Assembly: GCA_951406725.2 (NCBI GenBank)
Contig: OX597816.1
Span: 35,836,001-35,900,000, forward strand
Length of the DNA stretch: 64,000 bases
Direction of reading: 5' to 3'
Source: Octopus vulgaris
Lineage: Eukaryota
Each line of letters starts with the position of its first letter. The stretch's first letter is position 1. Below the pieces are notes generated by a model that was not told the origin of the DNA, made no database searches, and was given only the letters and a program-made list of their open reading frames with translations. A program made the position numbers and the translations under genes. Shown here in pieces: positions 1 through 12,365 of the stretch.

Positions 1-205
1 TAGCTATGATTTATGGCCTGACATGAAAAAGGTTTTGGCTAGGAGCCAGATGACGTCAAATCTTATGTTGATAAATTTTCACGAACATGATGAAAGCACA
101 TTCAACAGTAGGATCCAATCATTGCAAGAGCAATGCAAAACATTTTGGTCCACTTACATGAAAGTATCTTATTCGGTGTATGGTGATTTCAGCAGAGCTT
201 CGTAT
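1..205 (+). mobile_element. mariner transposase C-terminal remnant plus right TIR
   Basis: Translation YDLWPDMKKVLAR...HDESTFNSRIQSLQEQCK resembles the mariner C-terminus (DYHLFPKMKK.L...FF..GI..L..RW.KC). It ends in a TIR-like ...cttcgTA. Confidence 0.45.
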
Positions 206-735
206 TATATTTAAATTGTATTTACAAAACTTTCTTTAAAGTGTTATCCATCTTTCTAGCAATAGAAATTGGAGATAAAATTTCACTAATACCATTATGC
301 AAAATAAAGATAAAAATGAGATAGAATTGTGCTTAAGTTAGACATTTCAGATAAAATTTATGATAACTTACGCGAAAAAACATTTTGAAGACAACCGTGA
401 AAAGAATTAATTTCTGCTTGTTAGAATATTCTAAACGACTCAAGTATGTATTTTACAAATTTATATCTACATAAATATGCAAACTTTGATTACCATAATT
501 TTTGAAGATTCAAGTACATCATCTTATGAAATCAGTTTTATTGAACACACTAAAACGTTTCAAAACACACACACACACACACACACAATATATAAGTTTG
601 CGTTGCGTGTTTGAATGCAGTGTATGCATTTACATATATATGTAAATATATATAAATGTATATTTATACATAACATGTATCACAATCGTTATTGAACAGT
701 TTATAACTCTCTCTCTCTCCCTCTCTCTCTTTCTC

Positions 736-736
<1 letters not shown>

Positions 737-767
<31 letters not shown>

Positions 768-768
768 T

Positions 769-802
<34 letters not shown>

Positions 803-803
803 C

Positions 804-834
<31 letters not shown>

Positions 835-855
835 GGATGGATGGATGGATGGATG

Positions 856-906
<51 letters not shown>

Positions 907-920
907 GGATATATATATAT

Positions 921-982
<62 letters not shown>

Positions 983-995
983 GGTTGAATGGATG

Positions 996-1027
<32 letters not shown>

Positions 1028-1048
1028 CACAGACAGGCAGTTAAACAA

Positions 1049-1141
<93 letters not shown>

Positions 1142-1157
1142 GAGATAGATAGATAGA
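737..1157. repeat. (GATA)n/(GATG)n tetranucleotide microsatellite
   Basis: Directly visible; source of the LSIY ORFs. Confidence 0.97.
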
Positions 1158-1167
1158 CCATTGATTC

Positions 1168-1232
1168 CTATTCCCTGCTGATTCAAATTTCGAGGGCCTT
1201 AAAGGAACCTATCTCGTCAGATTGGCAATAAG
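1168..1232 (-). ncRNA. hammerhead ribozyme-like motif (type I, degenerate stems)
   Basis: Minus strand: ttattgccaat CTGACGA gataggttcctttaaggccctc GAAA tttgaa TC agcagggaat. Confidence 0.5.
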
Positions 1233-1242
1233 CGTTGTTTCG

Positions 1243-1306
1243 GATTATTACCAGTCTGATGAAAAGGCTCCGATAGGGGCTTCGAAACTTGAACTAGCAT
1301 GGAATC
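1243..1306 (+). ncRNA. hammerhead ribozyme-like motif, diverged inverted copy of 1168-1232
   Basis: ttattaccagt CTGATGA aaaggctcc-gata-ggggcttc GAAAC ttgaac TA gcatggaat. Confidence 0.45.
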
Positions 1307-1450
1307 TGAACCAAACTGTTTTGTCTAATACATGTAATCCCCCCCAAAATGTGTTGAGTGTTCTTTCTTTTGTTTGTCCACTCAGTCATATATATCCATA
1401 GATATATATCTTTGCTTAAGTTCAAAACGTTGTTTTTTCAGAAAACAAAA

Positions 1451-1623
1451 TAGGCGCAGGAGTGGCTGCGTGGTAAGTAGCTTGTTTACTAACCACATGG
1501 TTCCGGGTTCAGTCCCACTGCGTGGCATCTTGCGCAAGTGTCTTTTACTATAGACTCGGGCCGACCAAAGCCTTGTGAGTGGATTTGGTAGACGGAAACT
1601 GAAAGAAGCCCATCGTATATATG

Positions 1624-1666
<43 letters not shown>

Positions 1667-1880
1667 TTGTGTGTCTGTGTTTCTCCTTCTAGTATTGCTT
1701 GACAACCGATGCTGGTGTGCTTATGTCCCCGTAACTTAGCGGTTCGACAAAAGACACCGATAGAATAAGTACTGGGCTTACAAAAGAATAAGTCCCGGGG
1801 TCGAGTTGCTCGATTAAAGGCGGTGCTTCCTCATGGCCGCAGTCAAATGACTGAAACAAGTAAAAAAAAGAGTAAAAAGA
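1451..1880 (+). mobile_element. tRNA-derived SINE family A, full length
   Basis: A box tggctgcgtgg, B box ggttcagtccc, internal (TA)/(TG) tract, tail ggcggtgct...tgactgaaacaagtaaaa. About 10 related copies in the window. Confidence 0.9.
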
Positions 1881-2052
1881 GCTTCACCATTCCCTAGCGG
1901 AACCGGTGTCCTACACTTTGAGAAGCAGCTGGAGATAAGATAACTTGGCCAAAAGAACTGGCTAGTGCAAGTAAAAATAAATATTGAAAAAAAGCAATTG
2001 GTCAAACTTGGACGTACGGCAGTTTAACATAATAGCCTCTTACCCTCTCTCT

Positions 2053-2055
<3 letters not shown>

Positions 2056-2134
<79 letters not shown>

Positions 2135-2146
2135 TGTATAAAGATA

Positions 2147-2228
<82 letters not shown>
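2056..2228. repeat. (TA)n microsatellite
   Basis: Directly visible; one of dozens of (TA)n/(CA)n tracts. Confidence 0.97.
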
Positions 2229-2231
<3 letters not shown>

Positions 2232-2239
2232 ACCTATAA

Positions 2240-2520
2240 TTCTTTTATTCTTTCAGTTTTTTCAGTCATTTGACTGGAGCCATGCTGAAGCACTGCCTTT
2301 TAGTCGGTCGAAGAGATCGACCCCATGACTGCTGTATTAAGGAGATGTAAACACACCAACTTTGATTAATCAAGCGATAGGTGGAGAGGACAAACACAGG
2401 CACAAAGACACAAACATAAATACATACATATATATATACAACTGAATTCTATTAGTTTCCGTTACAACGTCCACTCAAACCTTTGATTGGCCCGGTAGTG
2501 TAGTGTGATGCACGTCCACG
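2240..2520 (-). mobile_element. SINE family A, decayed
   Basis: tttcagtcatttgactggagccatgctgaagcactgcc matches the reverse complement of the family A tail. Confidence 0.75.
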
Positions 2521-3421
2521 ACGTTCCGCAGAGTGGGATGGATCCTGGAATCATTTCGAAATAAAAATCCTACTACGGTACAGGCGATTGCAATAACTTC
2601 GTTATAAATTTGTCCGATCGAAATCGAGCTGGAACTAAAACAACAATAACGGCAACGATTATGTGAATGTGACAAACTAATAATCTATTTCAAAAAGAAC
2701 AATAAAAGACGAAGAAATATTAAAGATTATCTGTTTGAGAGAAACAGTTTTTCATGTGATTGCGTGTTTCAATAGTTTTATACGTCGTGAACTTGCATGA
2801 ACTAAGAACACTTTGCAAGTTTACTGTCGTCACGTCAACTCTCTGAATATTTATTTCTCGTAATGACAGAATCGCTAGGTTTTTCAGTGTGAAGTTAGCA
2901 AATCTGAAATCCATATATTCAATACATAGATAATATCTTTGATATCTTGTACAATGACGGTGAATCAAAAACCAACGCCGATATCAATAGGATTGAATGT
3001 AAATATATCTAAGATTATGTGTTGTAAATAACCGAATAATAATTGTTCTCAATCCATCAGTGTTTAAAGTATGAACGTACAGCAAACTGAACGCAGAACA
3101 AAAAATGAAGCGTTAGAGGATTTGCATATCAAGCAGTCTTGATATTTTACTTAATTAGCGAATGAGATTTCTATCACGATTAAAAGTTCTCTAATTATTA
3201 TTTTCTTTACAAATGTATCCAACGTATTGGTTGCTTAATCATCAGCAATTAACGAACATATTTAAATATGATGTATTCTTCAAAATCTATTTAGTGATAT
3301 TCTCAAATATAGCAGAAATTGCATTTGCAAACTGATCGTTAATAAACGTTAGAATTTTCATCGCTCTGCACCTGATTCTCACTGATTCACCTAAAAAAAT
3401 CTTTATACATGGGCACACATA

Positions 3422-3488
<67 letters not shown>

Positions 3489-3522
3489 TTATATATATAT
3501 ATACATACACACACACACATAT

Positions 3523-4570
3523 ATGTTGAGTCATCTCATAAATTTCGGTTTTTACACTTCTTTTATTTTTCAGAATTAAGATAAACATAGCGCTTTTTAA
3601 TTTCAAAACTGCTGTCCTTCATCTTTTACAATGATCTTCCATCTATCTGCTACACTTGCAAGGCCACTCTTTCAAAATTCACTTCTCCGTGACAAAAAAT
3701 ACTCCTCCAATACTGTTCTGACGTAGTCTACAAAATAAATTCATATTGTTTCAGTCCAAATGATTTTGAATATTGTGGAATAAATGATAATCAGATGGGG
3801 CAATGTCAGGCGAATTTAGTGGGAGGGGCATCGATTCCAATTCAGACTGCTCCAGCCTTTGGAATGCCATCATCACTATATGTGGCAGAGCATTATTCTG
3901 ATAGAAGAACACCTTTCGTCTTTAAACCAAAGATGGTCGTTTTTCTTCTAGCACTGACTTAGACCACTCAAGCTGCTAGTAGTAGATCTCCTTAGTTATT
4001 GCTTTGTTTGGGTTTAAAATTTCAAAGTGGACTAACCCTTTACTACCCCAGAAGAGAGATAACAACACCTTACGTGAATGTAGGCCATGTTTAGCCTGAG
4101 GTGCCGGTGTTTATCTTTTCTCTACCCACTGTTATCGGCACTTGACATTTTTATATAGAATCCACTTCTCGTTACCAGTCATTATTTGGTCCAAAAATGT
4201 TCATTCTTGAGCTGAGATAGCAAAGAAGAAGGCAATTAGACTCGAAAATTTTGAGGAATCTCTTGACCCAATTTACAGACTTTTCCGATGGCACGCAGGT
4301 TTCGATGAATCATTCAACCACGGTAGTTGTTGAATACATTCTTAAGTCCACCATTTCGTCAATCGCTGCAGATTCTAAGCTTCATCACTACTTCAACTCT
4401 GAAATAAATTGCAATCTGTTAATAGTTTTAAGGAGGACATTGCCTCGGCTATACTTTGGCATAAATAGTTTGACCTCTGGTTCAGTAGAAAAAAAAAAGT
4501 TACATCAAAATATCTGCAACCTCAAGTGAGGCAGTAAGGCAGATATTCATCTTCAAGTATCATAAACGTT
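3523..4570 (-). mobile_element. mariner (DD34D) transposon, decayed
   Basis: Minus-strand motifs FLDQIMTGNEKWILYKNVK, LHSRKVLL, FYQNNALPH, SPDIAPSDYHLF. TIR-like tgttgagtcatctcataa at about 3524. Same family as 22470-23360. Confidence 0.85.
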
Positions 4571-4790
4571 TTCATTTCAAATCAAAAACTTTTCTTAGGC
4601 TTAAATGATAGAAAAATGCACGGGGAATTCAGAATTGCTAGTCGCATTGAACAAAAATTAGTACAAAAAGAGTTATGAGGTAAAATGTTACGAAATTTCA
4701 TGTCAGAAAGTAAGGAAGTAAGGGAGTAATGCTTCAGAAATAAGAATATAAGAATAAAGAATATATTTCTAAAATGAATGCTTATATCAT

Positions 4791-5300
4791 AAGGCTGCCA
4801 GCTGGCAGAAACGTTATAGCGACGGGCGAAATGCTCCACAGTATTTCATCTGTCGTTACGTTGTGAGTTCAAATTTCGCCGAGGTTGACTTTGCCTTTCA
4901 ACCTTTTGGGGTCAATAAATTAAGTACCAGTTCCGCACTGGGGTCGATGTTATCGACTTAATACCTATGTCTGTCCTTGTTTGTCCCCTCTATTTTTAGT
5001 TCCTTGTGGGTATTAAAGAAATAGGTATTTCGTCTGTCTTTACGTTTTTTGAGTTCTAATTTGGCCGAGGCCGACTTACACGTAGAGATTATTTAACTAA
5101 TTTATTTTTAACTAAACACTTTCACACGTCCAATACTGGTAGAATAAGTCACATAGAACAGGGTTTATTCTTAACGGTTTTGACAAAATTTTGTATTTTA
5201 GAAGCGGTATTTCGTCTGTCTTTACGTTCAAATTCTGAGTTCAAATTCCGCCAAGGTCGATTTTGCCTTTCATCCTTTTCGGATCTATTCAATTAGACGT
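4791..5300 (+). mobile_element. tRNA-derived SINE family B with repeated internal modules
   Basis: Head gctggcagaaacgtt, B box gagttcaaatt; the module gtatttcgtctgtctttacgtt..gagttcaaattccgccgaggtcga occurs three times. Confidence 0.8.
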
Positions 5301-5305
5301 GCAGA

Positions 5306-5665
5306 TTCTTTTACTTTTTTACTTGTTTCAGTCATGTGATTGTGGCCATCCTGGAGCACCGCCTTTAATCGAGCAAATCGACCCAAGAACTTATGTAAGC
5401 CTAGTACTTATTCTGTCGGTTTCTTATGCCGAACCTCTAAGTTACGGGGACGTAAACACACCAGAATCGGTTGTCAAGCGATGATGGGGGACAAACACAC
5501 ACACAAACATATATACACTCATACAAATATATATACATATATACAACGGGCTTCTTTCAGTTTCCGTCTACCAATTGCACTCACACGGCTTTGGTTGGCC
5601 AAGGCTATAGTAGAATACACTTGCCCAAGGTGCCATGCAGTGGGACTGAACCCGGAACCATGTGT
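5306..5665 (-). mobile_element. SINE family A
   Basis: Reverse-complement match to 1451-1880 from the tail to the B box. Confidence 0.87.
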
Positions 5666-5790
5666 GTGTATATATATAATCAAGCATAGATTGCTTATCT
5701 GATTTTATGAAATAGCCAGCAAGTATCAACTCCAGATAGTGCACTAATGAGTAGAATATATATATATATATGTATATGTATATACATATA

Positions 5791-5853
<63 letters not shown>

Positions 5854-5898
5854 AAAATAATAAGGTAATCAGAATGCTGGAAGATTATTTACATATAC

Positions 5899-5956
<58 letters not shown>

Positions 5957-5958
<2 letters not shown>

Positions 5959-6597
5959 GAGAAAGAAGCAACAAAAATGGATTAGTTTTTAGTACAATTG
6001 TTTCATACAAAGACAGGCTTTATTAAAAGTTGCAAATATTGCAGCAGATAAAAGTGTCCCGTACTCATCAGCTAAAACACATGAGTTCTCCAAACATCTT
6101 AGTGGGTGAGGCTACACTCATGAAGTATCGGAGATAATTTCATAAAAAGCAAATTCAGGTTGTAAACAGACTTCCAAAGTTCTTTAATGATGATGCACAC
6201 TCCTATCACAGGTTTTAAAAAAGCTTATTAGCTTCACAGAGAAGGTGAATCAATCCATAGTGTAGGTGCAAGTTTCCAGAGATATGAGGAGGTATTTCAT
6301 ATTCACAGACGATGAATCTATCCATGGTTAATCCACAATGAGTTGGGTATAATTTCATGCTATATGATAAGATACTTGTCACACTACTGTTCTCTTCACA
6401 AAACTGCTATGTTAGAATTTCTAAAGGCAGAAGGAATTTTGTGGAGCAAATAAAAGAAAAGAAAAGAAAAAAGAAAAGAAAGAAAAAAAAAGAAAAAAGA
6501 AAACGGAGAAGAAGAAAAAAGAAAAAAAGAAAAAACGCCCACATAGAGTATACTGTGACCACTGAGAGGGAAAGGGTCGCAGGTAACCCCCTACACA
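5957..6597 (-). mobile_element. PLE terminal (pseudo-LTR) fragment inserted in (TA)n
   Basis: Carries an intact hammerhead motif, is bounded by (TA)n, and lies just downstream of a PLE RT on the same strand. Confidence 0.55.
5987..6077 (-). ncRNA. minimal type I hammerhead ribozyme, intact core
   Basis: Minus strand: ttttag CTGATGA gtacgggaca...tgtctttgtat GAAAC AATT GTA ctaaaa. 6-bp stem I, long stem II, palindromic ACAATTGT stem III. Confidence 0.82.
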
Positions 6598-6621
6598 TAT
6601 ATATATATATATATATATATA

Positions 6622-8145
6622 TTTCATTTACATTTCTAGCGATTTCTTTCTTTATCGGATTTATTAGAAAAGTGGTCTATAGTAAGTTTGTTTCGCCTTT
6701 TTTTATATACAATTGAAACTTATGATGGTTTAGATAGAGAGAGAGGGGAAGAGAGCAACAAATTAGAAAGGAAGTTTCAGGGGATAGAGAGGAAGAGAGA
6801 GTGAGAAATGGTGAAAATAGGGAAGAGAAAGGAAAGTAGCAGAAGTGGATTTGGGGTTTGCGGTGGAAGGGAGAGTAAATAAGAAAAATGTTTGAGAGGG
6901 AGTGGGAGATAACCGAAGCGTGCCCTTTGTATCGGTGTTGTCAAACTTGTTTGGTTAAGATTCAATATGTCTTTTTTTTTTCCTTTTTAGTGGGGAAGGA
7001 AAGAATTGTTTTGTATTCAAGTGATGGAGGTTTTTAATTGAACGACCAGATGTTGTTTTTGATTTTCTCTAGTAAGGTCTTGCTTTATAAAATTCTTTTG
7101 TATTCATTAATGTAATAAGTGAGAAAGTTTGAGTGGATATGGTCAAGTAGTTTGATTAAAATTCCAGATGTTGTTTTTTATTTAGACGTGTTTGGCTACG
7201 TTTTTGAAAGAGTCATTTTAAAGGAAGTATAAGTATGATCTTAAATACAATCTGAAAATTTTTTAGGAGTGAGGAAGTGAAATTCAAATATTGGTGTGTG
7301 TTCTTTTATGTGTAAAATATGTCTGTACTAACTGAAGTAAATACCTAGGAATTGTAGTTCATTGTAGCTTGTTTCTGTTGGGAATTTGATAGATGGGTGC
7401 CGTGTGTTGAGGATGTTGTGAGCTGTCTTCTTTTGATCTATCCCAAAACATGAAACAGTCATCGAGGTAGCCCTTCCAATTCTTCACGATGTCTTCCTTG
7501 AAGTTGTGATCAAAGATTTCCCTTCTTCCTCGTAAAGTTTACCTTCTAGGTAACCTATGACTAAGTTGGCATATCAGGGTGCCAATTTCGGAATTATAGC
7601 CGTGCTCTTTATCTATCAGTATATCCTATTATCAAATCTGAAGGTGTTTTCTTTTAGTACTAGACGAGTTGCTTTGGAAATGAAGTCTGTTTTGAAACGT
7701 TCATCTATACGTCTTCTGTGTTTCTCTACCCATTGTTCGACTAAATTCAGGTCCAAGGTATACTGGTATAGAGATTAGTGACGTCAAAACCTGAAAGTAT
7801 AGTGTCTTCTGAGACAGTAGTTGGGGTGTGTTTGAGAAAGTCCATGTCATCCCGTATACAGGTGGGTACTATTGGTCATAAGGGTTTGAGAAGTATGTCC
7901 AAAAGGCGACTCAGTTGTTGTGTTAGGATTCGGAGCCCAGCAACTATCAGTTTCATTTGGAGGTGTGTGGGTCTTTGTAGTTTTATGTATTCTATGCTCT
8001 GTTCATTTATTGCCTTCTGTATCTCGTAGCTTTTGTGGATTTTAGGCAATCCGTAGAAATTTCTCTCTTTGATTATGGAGTTGCATAAATATTTTCTCTT
8101 TGCTTTGAAGGAGCCCTGGTATTGGCTAATTAATGTTCTGATGTT
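6622..8145 (-). mobile_element. Penelope-like retroelement reverse transcriptase, pseudogenised
   Basis: Minus-strand motifs FYGLPKIHKS, LSRLLDILLKP, IRDDMDFL, FDVTNLYTSI, LKENTFRFD...LAP*YANLVIGYLE, WKGYLDDCF, HPSIKF, with stops and frameshifts. Confidence 0.9.
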
Positions 8146-8319
8146 ATATATAGATATGTATGTATAAACATAAGCTATATATATATATATATATATAGTT
8201 TCCTTCAGTTTCGCTGCGAAAGGGGTTAAGTCGATGCAGTTGAAACACAGTTGAAAATTGCTATAACTATTTGATAAAATTATAAATGTGGAATATCCAA
8301 GTTCTCTTTATCATCATTA

Positions 8320-8377
<58 letters not shown>

Positions 8378-8693
8378 TATTTGTTTGGATACATTTAACT
8401 ATTTCTACGAGATTAAAAACCCAAAAAGAATATGAAGAGCATCTATGAACTTTTGAAACTTATTCGTTTGATCAAGAAACCAATCTGATCTAAACATCCA
8501 GCAGTTATAGAGAACTGGGTCTATAAATTTGCACACCGTAAGTTTATGGGTTTGGTGGTATGAAACTATTCGTGGCGCTTTAATACATGTGGCCTTAAGT
8601 AAATAATATTTATCTCTCACCAGATACAGTACAATTTATAGAATTTTCTCCACAGATCAGCACAGTATATATAATGTGTGTTGTTGTTGTTGT

Positions 8694-8732
<39 letters not shown>

Positions 8733-8835
8733 GTGTACATAATGTGCATTAGTGTGTGTGCTTTATTGACTTAATGGGATACATCTCAGTCTAAATTTCC
8801 CAAATAGATTCCATTTCACTCTAAAAAATTTTCTG

Positions 8836-8937
8836 TTGTTGCCTGATGAGCCAGAAATGTTTTTTTTTTGGGGGGGGGGCTATTTTCAAACTTCTTGTAC
8901 AAAATGATAATATTTGCTGTTCATTCGGTGATAGCAA
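8836..8937 (+). ncRNA. degenerate hammerhead motif (stem III deleted)
   Basis: ttgc CTGATGA gccagaaatg...cattcggt GA[deleted]TA gcaa. Confidence 0.33.
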
Positions 8938-9519
8938 ATCTCGGTTTATTTTAAATTTTGTAGTATTCGGGGAAAGCACAATCTTGGTCTGTGCCAGTAT
9001 CGATTTTGTGCTTGCTATTTAGTTTTTCAATCATATGAATTTCTTTGTTTTCTTAGCAATTTCACCACTTGTAACTTGTAGACTTCTTTATAATCATGGC
9101 AATAGGAGGAATTAGAAATACACCAATCCTCCAATTTTAGTAGCTCCAAATAGTATGGTTTTGGAATAATCAGGGTAGGTAAATTAGCAAAAATTATAAC
9201 GAAACTCACACTGATATTTGCACAGTTATAGATGAAGAAGTGCCTCAGTTATAGGAATACTAAAACATTTATAGACATTTATTTCTAATTGAATCTTTCT
9301 AAAGTTTTGTTTCTTTTTCTTGTACGTTTGGAAATACCTGTGATAGCATGATATTTGTAACCAACAGCCAGCTATGAGCTGTCGACTCACTTTGTTCTTT
9401 AATCTAAATATACGCAGGCTTCTAGTCTTAGATTTTGCTTGATGATAAGGAGATAGAGAAATTGAAAATGAATTTCAACCCATGCCACTCTAAAAATTGT
9501 ACTTTTGTTCTTCACTTAC

Positions 9520-9565
9520 CTATTCTTGCTACAATAGTGACATGAAATTCTCCAGTCCTCTTTAT
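9520..9565 (-). CDS. candidate 46-nt host exon
   Basis: atattttaacag|ATAAAG...AAGAATAG|gtaagt. Open as IKRTGEFHVTIVARI or DKEDWRISCHYCSKN. Confidence 0.3.
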
Positions 9566-10029
9566 CTGTTAAAATATTTAAGAAATATTATATTAATATA
9601 GATTGTCTGTTGAAAATCTATATTTCTACAGCTGAAGAAAGTGCTGTATTTAAACTGATGTAATGATTGCATTGTTCAATTAAATGGAGTCTCTTGGAAC
9701 GGTCGAATTACATTACTACTTGATATCCTACTACTGATTCTGATTATATATACATATATCATATATGTTTATATAGAACAAAAATTGAGTCGGAATATTT
9801 TTTTTTAATTTTTAAGGTGACCAGGTTTTATACCAAATCATTCAGCTGTGGTGAGCGTAGGCCATGTGTAAAATATATCTATAAATAGAAGAAATGCTAA
9901 TACTCAAAAACATGCGTTCAGTTATATTATCAGTTCATTAAGCAAGGCGCTGCCTTACAGCTCGTGTACACGAGGAATTAGTGAACGAGATCACTGTATC
10001 TAAACGCGCACACACATACATATAATTAC

Positions 10030-10275
10030 CTTCCTATCAATAAACCAACATCGGTAGTCAAGAAGTATTGGGTGGGTGGCAAATACAAGCACAGAAACAC
10101 ATACACTTTTACATCAATATATTTACATATATCTGTGTATGTATGTATTATCTGTATGTGTGTGTATGTGTACTAGATTCTTCTTTCAGTTGCGCTCTAC
10201 CAAATCCATAGACATGTCTTTGGTCATCCCGAGGTTATAATAGAAGACACCGGGGACGCAGTGGGACTTAATCTA
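10030..10275 (-). mobile_element. SINE family A, old
   Basis: ttctttcagttgcgctctaccaaatcca...gaggttataatagaagacac...gcagtgggact. Confidence 0.55.
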
Positions 10276-10315
10276 TGCAATTCGATTCAAATTGTAACGG
10301 ATATATATATCTATC

Positions 10316-10356
<41 letters not shown>

Positions 10357-11807
10357 ATAATATATATATATATATATTCATATATAGTGATATACATATA
10401 TTTGTATATGTATATCTATAAAGATATATATATATATATATATATCTTTATAGATATAAATATAAAATATACATATTTATAAATACAGACATATATATGC
10501 CTGAGTGTGTGTGTGTGCGGGTGTTTGTAAACAGAGACACACTTAGGTAAACAGAATCATACATATTTATATATGCAGTGTTAGTTTGTAAAAGCACGTC
10601 ACAAAGCACAGGAGAAATTATAACATAGAAGCATTGCCAAACCATATAATATAAATTGTGTCAAATAAAACGTGTTCATAGTTGGTTTCAAAGTTACTTA
10701 TGTTTTGTATTTGCTCTTGTTCTTTATAAGTTCCAGCATCTTAATTATATTTGATATAGTTTTTACTTTTATCTCTCTTTAATTTCATAATATTCATTGC
10801 ATGACTTGAAATTTTATAGTTTCTTGCTGTCGTTTTGCGCCATCTTTCGTTCAGAAAAAATCGATATATTTCCCAGTTGACGTAACAATTACGGATTCGT
10901 AACTATGATTTTTAGACCTGAAAGATTATTATTTGTCTCTCGGTCAACTATGATATGAAATCCAGGTTGTCACCGTTCAGACATTGTGATGTAGTGCTTA
11001 TACGGCATTGTCCATCTTTTCATATTAAAATGGCAGTACGTTGTAGAATGAACATAAGCAATAACTCATGCGTGGATAACTTTTGTCTCTCCTACAAAGT
11101 GGGCAGCCGGAAATAATGTCAAAATATGTTTCTGCTGACTGCCGTGTCTGCGGGCGATTTTAGCTTCTGCTGTTATATCATTTATGCACTTTACTAACGA
11201 CTAGATATTGATCAAGTGAAGCTAAAATAAGAACATCCATTTCTGTTGCAATACAGCGCTTTGTTGGCTTTCATACTTAATTTATTCTTCTCTGTCAATT
11301 ATTATAGAATATTGGCCATTGAGAGCATTTGCTCTCTCCTATTTGTTTCTTATATGTTGTAACTCCATTTTGGTTTTTACGTCTTGTCTTTGATTTTTAT
11401 GTTATCTTTTCCTATAACAACCTACAACATTTTCTTCGGTGCAGTAATCTTTTATTACAAACTTTATGACTTTCTTTATATTGAGATGACTTAGATTTTA
11501 TTTACTCGTATTCCTTTCATTAAATTATTCATTCTTCCTTTGCTTGCACATAAGTATTCTTTTATACTGCCTCTCGTTCTTTTATATTGACTTTCTATTT
11601 TGTGAAGCACTGTCGCGCTGCACGTGTTTCAAGTAGGCATCGGACATGGATATCGGCTGCAGAAGAGGAACTTTCAAATTTTCTTTTCTAGAATATTCGA
11701 TTCATTTAACTTGTATTGTTGATATTGTAATTGGAGCTAGTATTGCAAAAGCGCTGATACACAAAGACTTATTTCTGTCATTTAATTTATTTATATTAGT
11801 CTGACAC

Positions 11808-11881
11808 TTACTCTTTTACTCTTTTACTCTTTTACTTATTTCAGTCATTTTTGGCTGCGGCCATGCTGGAGCACCGCCTTT
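11808..11881 (-). mobile_element. SINE family A 3' tail with (ttactct)n
   Basis: tttcagtcatttttggctgcggccatgctggagcaccgccttt. Confidence 0.8.
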
Positions 11882-11883
11882 AA

Positions 11884-12161
11884 CAATAATATACCGATGA
11901 TTAAGTAATGGGCAAAATAATAAATAAAACACATATTTCTTCATTATTTCGCACATTACTTAATCATCGGTATATTATTGCTATTTTATATTTAATATTT
12001 CTATTATACGTAATTTTCTATATGGTGTAATATAATTCTTTATTTTGAATTGATAAAATGTGTTTTTTACTAATTTTTATATATATATTGTATTTTGTGA
12101 AATTGATTTAGTATTTCTAAATTGAATTTTTCCCTGTAAGTTAGCAATAATATTCCCTCAA

Positions 12162-12175
<14 letters not shown>
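11884..12175. repeat. fold-back (27-bp perfect arms 11884-11910 / 11954-11980) plus PLE-type tail
   Basis: caataatataccgatgattaagtaatg and its exact reverse complement. The tail at 12090-12170 resembles the reverse complement of 62798-62870. Confidence 0.75.
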
Positions 12176-12241
<66 letters not shown>

Positions 12242-12244
<3 letters not shown>

Positions 12245-12365
12245 TACCCAAGTATGTTGTCAGTGACTTCGAACTTTCAGGCAGCTAATTCATCGTCGGA
12301 CAGCCCGACGATGGCCTAACTGGCCGAAATTTCGAATCATTGACAACAATATCTTCATATAGGAA
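12242..12365. repeat. fold-back with head-to-head hammerhead-like motifs
   Basis: Arms tgttgtcagtga/tcattgacaaca and catcgtcgg/ccgacgatg. Plus strand: CCGACGA t ggcc-taact-ggcc GAAA tttcgaa TC. Confidence 0.65.

Noticed and set aside
664-1186. Long LSIY, YIYI and CVCV ORFs here and throughout the window
   Set aside because: They are translations of (GATA)n, (TA)n and (CA)n microsatellites.
6357-6716. Lys/Arg-rich ORFs (also 40293-40493)
   Set aside because: Low-complexity A/G tracts on the antisense strand of element UTRs.
7560-7630. In-frame TGA codons in the PLE RT read as selenocysteine
   Set aside because: They are at non-Cys positions and come with TAG and frameshifts; ordinary decay.
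9027-9180. Faint resemblance of a minus frame (..SGEIAKKTKKFI*) to an NDUFB4 C-terminus
   Set aside because: Short, interrupted by stops, and no upstream match; probably chance.
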